DNA of 14,220 nucleotides from a virus: UHGV virus genome UHGV-0158879; one strand, 5' to 3'. Shown piece by piece: positions 8,675 to 14,220 of this stretch (position 1 is its first letter; each line of letters starts with the position of its first letter). The notes under the pieces were generated by a model. It saw only the letters and a program-made list of their open reading frames with translations, ran no database searches and was not told where the DNA came from. The position numbers and the translations under genes were made by a program.

Positions 8675-10000
8675 TCACGTAGGAGATGGAATACCGAGCT
8701 TCTGCTTCATTTCGACCTTAGTCATTAGCTCCAGCTTCCCGTTGTTATTGAATTTGCGCTGAATCTGCGTCAGTTCTGCAAACAGCTTCTCCAGCATCTT
8801 CTCGCCTATCGCTTCTTTGTCGAAACTCAGCATGTCGTCGGGGTCTGCATACTCACCGTAAACAACCGCCCGATATGTCAGATACAGCCTGTCAGCCAGC
8901 GCGTAATAGAATTGCGCTCGCTTATTGCGGAACACATCACCAATAGTGCGAACGTTGTCGCCCTGTACGACTTCATCAGCCCATGCTCCGGCCTGATACG
9001 GCGCATCTTCATCGAATGGCGATTCACTGCCCTTGAACATCGTGGCGGTGATTTTCTTGCCGGAGAACGCTTCCGTTGTCTGTCTGCGTAGGCCAGCACC
9101 AACACCATCACCATCCCACAGGTAATGGTCAGCACCGTCTTCAATCGCCAGCGAAGTTGCCCAGTCAGCACCTTCATTGATGTCCATCAGCAGACCTTCG
9201 GCAATGCGCTTAACAACCGAACCGTGACGCGATGCATAACCTTTAGCATCCGGCCCTGTATCTGACGGGTCATGCGCAGAGACAACAGCGCCTTTCGCTT
9301 TCCATCCGAGTTTCTTGTGCGCATCGGTTGCGGCTTCAAGCCATTCACGTTTGATGATTGCCATATCACTTGCGCTTACTGGCTCACCAAGCCAGATGTG
9401 ACGATACAGTGTCGGATTTCTGCGTTTGCACTCTTCCATCTCCAGACGGAGAACTTCAGGAAAGTGCGGGTTGTCGGTGTAGTTCACCGTCAGCAGGCAA
9501 ATATCATCAGGAGGATTTACGACGAACCGCTGATAGGTATCGTCGAGTATGTTCTTCGGGTTGAAGCTCACCCATATTTCGGAAAATGGCTTGCGGATGG
9601 TTGGTATCAGGATATCCCATGATTCCTTCGTTACCGCTTCAGCTTCTTCCACCCAACAGATATCAATGCCTTCGAGCGATTTAATCTTCGTCGGGTTGTT
9701 TTTGATGCCGTAGAACATGAATTCAGCATTCGTTCCGAGATGACGAATCATGGAACGCTGAATTTCAAACTCAGCCGAATATCCTTCACGCTCGATGGTG
9801 TCTTCAAGCAACCGGATTACCGAATCGCTGATACTGTTTTGCAGCTCACGAGCGCAAAGAATACGCACAGGCTGCCGACGCGCCGCTTCAACAAGAAGCC
9901 TCGCAATTGCCCATGACTTACCGCTACCTCGACCGCCTTTGGCGACTTTGTAGCGATGCGCCTCAATGAACGGTTCAAAGATAGGATTAATCGAGGTCAT
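8675..10000 (-). CDS. Terminase large subunit (ATPase/nuclease), likely C-terminally truncated
   Basis: 441 aa with a Walker A box (KGGRGSGKS) near the N-terminus. Ends ...[19 protein letters not shown], which appears to stop just before the conserved C-terminal tail I recall in P22/Sf6-type TerL (~470-499 aa). ATGA overlap with the terS stop. Confidence 0.9.
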   Translation of the reverse strand: MTSINPIFEPFIEAHRYKVAKGGRGSGKSWAIARLLVEAARRQPVRILCARELQNSISDSVIRLLEDTIEREGYSAEFEIQRSMIRHLGTNAEFMFYGIKNNPTKIKSLEGIDICWVEEAEAVTKESWDILIPTIRKPFSEIWVSFNPKNILDDTYQRFVVNPPDDICLLTVNYTDNPHFPEVLRLEMEECKRRNPTLYRHIWLGEPVSASDMAIIKREWLEAATDAHKKLGWKAKGAVVSAHDPSDTGPDAKGYASRHGSVVKRIAEGLLMDINEGADWATSLAIEDGADHYLWDGDGVGAGLRRQTTEAFSGKKITATMFKGSESPFDEDAPYQAGAWADEVVQGDNVRTIGDVFRNKRAQFYYALADRLYLTYRAVVYGEYADPDDMLSFDKEAIGEKMLEKLFAELTQIQRKFNNNGKLELMTKVEMKQKLGIPSPT

Positions 10001-10524
10001 TTTCCGAATAGAGTGCTCATCGGTGATGTTTCAATCTGGATTGCGCCGCCGTCTTTGCCTGTTAGTTCGTGAGAAGCTTGTTCTTTAAACGCCTGAACAG
10101 AAACATGCTTACCAAGAAGTTCGAGGTTTTTAACCTTATCAGGCCATTTGATTTTCTTCAGGAGTGCTGCACTATCTGCGGATACCATCTCCACAACATC
10201 CATTCCTGATAACGTTGTGCGCCATACCTTAGGCCAGTCTTTAATGGGCTTTAACTCACCGTTTTGCAGGAGAATGTCGAGCACATCCATCTGGTCGATT
10301 TCAATAAGGCGATTAAGTACATATTCTGCATTTATTCCAACAGAGTCATTGCGTTGTGCTTTCAATTCGGAGATTCTGAGTTGTATGTCAGGTTTTGACA
10401 TGTTTTCGGACGCAGTACGGTTGGCTGTTTTTGCGCTGTACCCCGCCCGAATAGCCGCTTGCGTGGCGTTTAAATCGATGAGGTACTCGCGACAGAACAT
10501 TTCTTGTTTGTCAGTGAGCGCCAT
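9997..10524 (-). CDS. Terminase small subunit
   Basis: 175 aa. N-terminal HTH-like MALTDKQEMFCREYLIDLNATQAAIRAGYS typical of Terminase_2-type small subunits. C-terminus [23 protein letters not shown] resembles the Sf6 gp1 C-terminus (from memory). Confidence 0.85.
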   Translation of the reverse strand: MALTDKQEMFCREYLIDLNATQAAIRAGYSAKTANRTASENMSKPDIQLRISELKAQRNDSVGINAEYVLNRLIEIDQMDVLDILLQNGELKPIKDWPKVWRTTLSGMDVVEMVSADSAALLKKIKWPDKVKNLELLGKHVSVQAFKEQASHELTGKDGGAIQIETSPMSTLFGK

Positions 10525-10551
10525 ATTTTCCCCTGCTGATAAGGTAAATAA

Positions 10552-11076
10552 ATGAATCCTGAAATTTTTGAATCAAAGTTCATAATGAACGAAGCAACTT
10601 GGCAACGAATTGAAAGGTTAGTAAATACTGAAGATGATATTGGTTTGGTTTTAAGAGTACATCTGATTACAGAAGCAATGATTGAGGCATTTTGTTGCGC
10701 CGCTGTAGGTAACCAAAATCTATTTGATGGATTTGGTGAAAACTTAACCATGACCTATGCCGCAAAAATTCAGCTAGCTGCCAACCTCGGCCTAAATGAA
10801 CACTCCGTCGCAGAACTTAAACGCCTAAATAGAATAAGAAATGTTCGCTCTCATCAAATAGACAACCCGGAAATAACTGACGCAGAAATTGAATCATTAC
10901 GAACATTTATTAGCCGAGGTGGTCAGGAAGATCTCATTAACTCAGCAAGATTCGGCATAAAAGTTGGAGACATTGAGCTGAATCTTAACCGTCCAGATGC
11001 CAATAATCGTGAAAAATTCATAGCTATTCTTGGCAGCATCATCCTAAGACTCACTAAACAAGTTGCAGGACAATAG
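10552..11076 (+). CDS. Hypothetical protein with Rx4H motif (HEPN-like?), AT-rich moron antisense to the late operon
   Basis: 174-aa ORF with AAGG 7 nt upstream of ATG 10552. Motif R96-N-V-R-S-H101 (nt 10837..10854) in the helical context LKRLNRIRNVRSHQ. Composition is visibly more AT-rich than the flanking terS. No paralogue or partner gene seen. Confidence 0.55.
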   Translation: MNPEIFESKFIMNEATWQRIERLVNTEDDIGLVLRVHLITEAMIEAFCCAAVGNQNLFDGFGENLTMTYAAKIQLAANLGLNEHSVAELKRLNRIRNVRSHQIDNPEITDAEIESLRTFISRGGQEDLINSARFGIKVGDIELNLNRPDANNREKFIAILGSIILRLTKQVAGQ

Positions 11077-11206
11077 AGATCATTGACTGAGCTAATTGAT
11101 TGTTTTAGCGCATAAACCTATACCACAAAATAGCCACTTATCACGCTTCATCATTCAATTCTGGCGTGAACTGTATGCGCTTCACATTGTCGGGAGAGAA
11201 ATACAG

Positions 11207-11332
11207 TCACTCTCCCGTCTCGATCACAAGCGGCACAAAGCCGTTAACCAACTCATGCTGAAATCGTGACGTCTTGCTCGTAACGGTTTCGCCTGTTTGG
11301 GTGGTTAACGTGATTTGGTAGATGTTGGACAT
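11207..11332 (-). CDS. Possible small ORF (41 aa), uncertain
   Basis: ATG 11332 with AAGAG 8 nt upstream; product MSNIYQITLTTQTGETVTSKTSRFQHELVNGFVPLVIETGE. Below the ORF-track length cut-off. An 8-bp GC-rich hairpin (11191..11217) encloses its stop codon. Confidence 0.2.
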   Translation of the reverse strand: MSNIYQITLTTQTGETVTSKTSRFQHELVNGFVPLVIETGE

Positions 11333-11399
11333 TGAGAATCTCTTTATCCGCTTGTGGGGATATCAGTTAAGTTATCCCGTGTAAGGTATAAGCCATTAA

Positions 11400-11424
11400 A
11401 AAGCTACTCGTAGGTAGCTTTGTA
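11400..11424 (-). terminator. Putative (weak, possibly bidirectional) intrinsic terminator downstream of the 68-aa gene
   Basis: AAAGCTAC-tcgtag-GTAGCTTT stem (11400..11407 / 11414..11421). On the minus strand it is followed by TTTTTAAT. The stem is only 50% GC. Confidence 0.4.
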
Positions 11425-11472
11425 TTAATCTCACTCATATTTAAGGTGAGATAATAAAACTAAAATCAAATG

Positions 11473-11679
11473 CTATTTGCCAATCGTTTCCTGAATAGCA
11501 TCAGTCAACCGTGGAAGATATTTTATTGCCTCCTCCAAATCATAAGACACGTTTTTCGCATGGGTAGGGGCAGATACGGCGGCCTTGATAATTTCAAGAG
11601 CTGCTTTGGTAGCCACTAAACGCTGGTGCTCAGAATCAGATACTCGGTTATCGCCAGATTTAAAATAATTGTCCATCAT
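11473..11679 (-). CDS. Hypothetical protein (67-68 aa)
   Basis: Tandem ATGs at 11679 and 11676 with GGAAGG just upstream. Helical, charged product with no recognisable motif. Confidence 0.55.
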   Translation of the reverse strand: MMDNYFKSGDNRVSDSEHQRLVATKAALEIIKAAVSAPTHAKNVSYDLEEAIKYLPRLTDAIQETIGK

Positions 11680-11784
11680 AAACCTTCCATTAGATAATCA
11701 GAGTCTACAGATTACCCTTCGTCTTCATACGAATAAAGCATTATTGCAGCCTCACTGAAGGACTGCTCGGATTAACCTGCGAAA

Positions 11785-12315
11785 TCACACCATCCCGGGC
11801 AAATACATTTGCACTTCATTTGCCGCTCTCTCACGTGCAACATGAAGCAATCTTTTTCGCCCACCAACACCCCACTTAGCCATTTGTCTTGCGCACTGGC
11901 TTATCGCTTTGGTTTCAGTATTGATGATGTGATCGATTCTATTCAGACGGGACATTGCGCCAACGCCGAGACGGACAACCGTTTTGAAAACTTCATAAAC
12001 TTCGATTTCAAATTCCGGCTTAATCCATGCTGCATATCTGATTGCCAGAAGTTCAACACCCCACACACCTGGTTCTGCACCACCTTTGATTATTTTAAGT
12101 GGTTGAATTTGTTCCAAAGTGCTTTTTTGCACTTTGGCCTCCAGTGCTTTGATGAAGCGTTTTATCTGCGCGCTACGCAAAAACTGGCTTGGGCGCTGTT
12201 GCTCTGTAGCCTCTCCATTTGCAACTGCTGCTGCATGGAGATCGTTTAAGTTGTAGCGTCCATCCTCATCAACACGAACGGACACACCATTGACAATAAC
12301 TGTTGGGTACTTCAT
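11785..12315 (-). CDS. KilA-N/Rha-like domain protein
   Basis: 176 aa. N-terminus MKYPTVIVNGVSVRVDEDGRYNLNDLHAAAVANGEA...RPSQFL has the pattern I associate with KilA-N/Bro-N domains. Sits between the lysis genes and terS, where P22-like phages carry rha-type ORFs. Confidence 0.6.
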   Translation of the reverse strand: MKYPTVIVNGVSVRVDEDGRYNLNDLHAAAVANGEATEQQRPSQFLRSAQIKRFIKALEAKVQKSTLEQIQPLKIIKGGAEPGVWGVELLAIRYAAWIKPEFEIEVYEVFKTVVRLGVGAMSRLNRIDHIINTETKAISQCARQMAKWGVGGRKRLLHVARERAANEVQMYLPGMV

Positions 12316-12460
12316 CAGTAATTACCTTTTAGTGATGAACCTTGTCACACAGGATTCCGGCCCACAGAAAGGTACCGATCACCAAACCGGCATCCTCAAG
12401 GGTCATCCTGAAAGGTTCTGTGTTCATAAGTCGCGCGTGTGAAGCGCGTTTACTGCGGAC

Positions 12461-12485
12461 ATAAAAAAGCCCCGCATCGCGAGGC
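12461..12485 (-). terminator. Rho-independent terminator downstream of Rz/Rz1
   Basis: On the minus strand GCCTCGC-gat-GCGGGGC (one mismatch) followed by TTTTTTAT, about 35 nt after the Rz stop. Confidence 0.55.
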
Positions 12486-12517
12486 TCATTAAATGGACTT
12501 TGTGATTTGCAAAAAAA

Positions 12518-12955
12518 TTATTTCAGGCACTGAGTCCTGATGTACTCCTGCAGGTAGTTAACCTGCGCGGTTATCCTGTCTATTCCACTTCGGAGACGGT
12601 AATAATTGAGTTCAGCATCTGCTGTAAGTCTTGGGCTTTCTCCATCGCCCATGCTGCTGGCTCCGGTCGTTGACTTTGCACAGGTGGCGGCGACTTGCAG
12701 GCGCTTACGACCAGCAGAAACATCAGCACGGAGACTTTCGATAGTCGCGTTAGCATCAGCAAGCTCCTTTGTGTATCTGGCGTCGAGTTCTGCTACGTCA
12801 CGTTGACGCTTCTGCATATCAGCGATGATGGTTGTGGCTTTATCCCGCTGGTCTTTGTAGGCGATTGCGTTATCACGGTAATGATTAACAGCCCATGACA
12901 GGCAGACGATGATGCAGATAACCAGAGCGGAGATAATCGCGGTCACTCTGCTCAT
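12518..12955 (-). CDS. Rz: i-spanin Rz (lambda-type)
   Basis: 145 aa. N-terminus [31 protein letters not shown] is essentially identical to lambda Rz as recalled. ATGA overlap with the R stop. Confidence 0.9.
   Translation of the reverse strand: MSRVTAIISALVICIIVCLSWAVNHYRDNAIAYKDQRDKATTIIADMQKRQRDVAELDARYTKELADANATIESLRADVSAGRKRLQVAATCAKSTTGASSMGDGESPRLTADAELNYYRLRSGIDRITAQVNYLQEYIRTQCLK
12580..12762 (-). CDS. Rz1: o-spanin Rz1 lipoprotein, embedded in the +1 frame of Rz
   Basis: 60 aa. Signal peptide with lipobox VSAC, then a Pro-rich mature region ([13 protein letters not shown]). Nested in Rz as in lambda. Confidence 0.8.
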   Translation of the reverse strand: MLMLTRLSKVSVLMFLLVVSACKSPPPVQSQRPEPAAWAMEKAQDLQQMLNSIITVSEVE

Positions 12956-13428
12956 ACCTCAATCTCTCTGACCGTTCCGCCAGCCTCTTTGAATTTTGCA
13001 ATCAGGTTGTCAGCCTCATGCTCGAACTGGCCATAACCAGCGCCCGGCAGTGAAGCCCAGATATTGCTGCAACGGTCGATAGCCTGACGGATATCACCGC
13101 GGTCAATCATCGGTAAAGCGCCACGCTCTTTAATCTGCTGCAATGCCACAGCGTCCTGACTTTTGGGAGAGAAGTCTTTCAGACCAAGCTGCTTACGATA
13201 GGCATCCCACCAACGGGAAAGAAGCTGATAGCGCCCGGCTGCTGTTGATTTGAGTTTGGGGTTTAGCGTGACAAGTTTGCGAGGATGATCGGAGTAATCA
13301 GTGAATAGCTCTCCGCCTACAATGACGTCATAACCATGATTTCTGGTTTTCTGACGTCCGTTATCAGTTCCCTCTGACCACGCCAGCATATCGAGGAACG
13401 CCTTACGTTGATTATTGATTTCCACCAT
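12952..13428 (-). CDS. R: Endolysin R (lambda-type lytic transglycosylase)
   Basis: 158 aa, near-identical along its length to lambda R as I recall it ([61 protein letters not shown]...). Confidence 0.95.
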   Translation of the reverse strand: MVEINNQRKAFLDMLAWSEGTDNGRQKTRNHGYDVIVGGELFTDYSDHPRKLVTLNPKLKSTAAGRYQLLSRWWDAYRKQLGLKDFSPKSQDAVALQQIKERGALPMIDRGDIRQAIDRCSNIWASLPGAGYGQFEHEADNLIAKFKEAGGTVREIEV

Positions 13429-13519
13429 CTTCTACTCCGGCTTTTTTAGCAGCGAAGCGTTTGATAAGCGAACCTATCGAGTCAGTACCGATGTAGCCGA
13501 TGAACACGCTCGTTATATA
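13412..13519 (-). pseudogene. S: 3' remnant of lambda-type holin S (last ~35 codons only)
   Basis: Minus-strand frame ending TAA 13414..13412 encodes [35 protein letters not shown], matching the lambda S C-terminus with one difference. Similarity stops near 13520; the frame is closed by TAG at 13561..13559 with no ATG and no TM segment. Confidence 0.8.
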
Positions 13520-13588
13520 TACCCTTTGCACCAGTAACTCTCCCCTTCCCTCGTCACGCTATTCACGCAATTTAATCAGGAGAAAAAC

Positions 13589-13882
13589 ATGCCAGCGCCT
13601 CTGTATGGTGAGGATGACGCGCGCCGCTGTTCCGGCAATTCCGTATCGGAGGTGCTGGATAAATTCAGAAAAAACTACGACCGGATAATGTCGCTACCGC
13701 AGGAAACGAAAGAGGAAAAGGAATTTCGCCATTGTATATGGCTTGCAGAGAAAGAAGAACGCGAGCGAATTTACCAGACATCAATCCGCCCATTCCGCAA
13801 AGCCACATATACCCACTTCCCTGAAATTGACCCTCGCCTGCGTAATTACCGCTCACGCTATGGCGCTATCAGTAATGACTGA
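13589..13882 (+). CDS. Hypothetical protein (97 aa), basic/charged
   Basis: ATG 13589 with AGGAG 6 nt upstream. Lies opposite to the lysis genes, immediately beyond the holin break. No motif recognised. Confidence 0.55.
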   Translation: MPAPLYGEDDARRCSGNSVSEVLDKFRKNYDRIMSLPQETKEEKEFRHCIWLAEKEERERIYQTSIRPFRKATYTHFPEIDPRLRNYRSRYGAISND

Positions 13883-13892
13883 GGAATTAACA

Positions 13893-14220
13893 ATGAAAAC
13901 AATGAAGCTAAACATCGACCTCGGAAAATACGTTATTACCGGAACCAAACACGATCTGATTCTTAGCGAAAGAGGAATTATCAAAGAAGGCGAGAATGCA
14001 GGGAAAGAAACACTAAGTCGTATCGGTTATTACAGCAAGTTTGAGCATCTGGTTAAAGAGTTATGCAACCGTGAAATCCTGTTATCTCAGGCGCAGACGC
14101 TACAGGATATTCAGCAGCATATCGAAACTTTAGGTATGTCACTTAGGGAAGGTGCGAATAAGCGGGGAAATACTTCTCGGCTGACTCAGTCATTTCATTT
14201 CTTCATGTTTGAGCCGATTT
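13893..14220 (+). CDS. Hypothetical protein, 3'-partial (runs off the window)
   Basis: ATG 13893 with GAGGA 7 nt upstream, 10 nt after the previous stop (operon-like). Open to the window end (at least 109 codons). Not in the ORF track because no stop is present. Confidence 0.5.
   Translation, partial: MKTMKLNIDLGKYVITGTKHDLILSERGIIKEGENAGKETLSRIGYYSKFEHLVKELCNREILLSQAQTLQDIQQHIETLGMSLREGANKRGNTSRLTQSFHFFMFEPI

Noticed and set aside
5229-10751. Short ORFs nested in gp16, gp20, terL and terS (5229..5441, 6354..6557, 7296..7688, 8316..8510, 8878..9177, 9187..9369, 9272..9622, 9358..9564, 10148..10555, 10470..10751)
   Set aside because: Embedded in longer, better-supported genes on the same or opposite strand; Arg/Ser-rich translations typical of off-frame reading.
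12331-12427. 32-codon minus-strand ORF with a hydrophobic stretch (MNTEPFRMTLEDAGLVIGTFLWAGILCDKVHH)
   Set aside because: No Shine-Dalgarno sequence and it runs into the Rz terminator region; too weak to call a membrane peptide.
11809-12898. Plus-strand ORFs antisense to the KilA-N and Rz genes (11809..12249, 12606..12806, 12695..12898)
   Set aside because: Antisense to confidently assigned genes. Only the minus-strand Rz1 (12580..12762) is accepted, because it has a lipobox and a Pro-rich mature region.
7316-13428. ATGA start/stop overlaps (R/Rz, terS/terL, gp20/gp16)
   Set aside because: Ordinary translational coupling in phage late operons; noted but not unusual.
13500-13856. ORFs 13500..13688 (plus) and 13665..13856 (minus)
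   Set aside because: Overlap the holin remnant or the better-supported 97-aa gene, which has a strong RBS.
1-14220. tRNA, attachment site, integrase or IS element
   Set aside because: No cloverleaf-like sequence, no integrase or transposase ORF, and no terminal inverted repeats typical of IS elements; the prophage ends are probably outside this window.

Overview
This 14.2-kb window reads as the late/accessory arm of a P22-like (CUS-3-type) prophage of an Escherichia coli K1-like host, with nearly all phage genes on the minus strand. From high to low coordinates: a 3' remnant of a lambda-type holin S, intact lambda-type endolysin R and spanins Rz/Rz1, a KilA-N-like gene and small ORFs, small and large terminase subunits, two large Ala/Gly/Gln-rich ejection proteins (gp20/gp16-like), a Mnt repressor region, a 981-aa tailspike (P22 gp9-type head-binding N-terminus fused to a sialidase body with Asp-boxes), and a hexapeptide-repeat O-acetyltransferase with 11 tandem GAGTCTT heptads at its 5' end (neuO-type contingency locus, out of frame in this copy). 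The element looks defective: there is no room for portal, scaffold, coat or head-completion genes between the large terminase and the ejection proteins, and the holin is reduced to its last ~35 codons. Several plus-strand genes, antisense to the late operon and visibly AT-rich, look like morons: a 174-aa protein with an Rx4H (HEPN-like) motif next to terS, a 3-TM membrane protein in the sieA position, and a two-gene unit abutting the holin break at the right edge. The HEPN-like gene is my best candidate for an undescribed defence/toxin function, but this is inference from a short motif. No rRNA, tRNA, CRISPR array, integrase or IS element was recognised. All family assignments are from memory of protein sequences and motifs, not from database searches.
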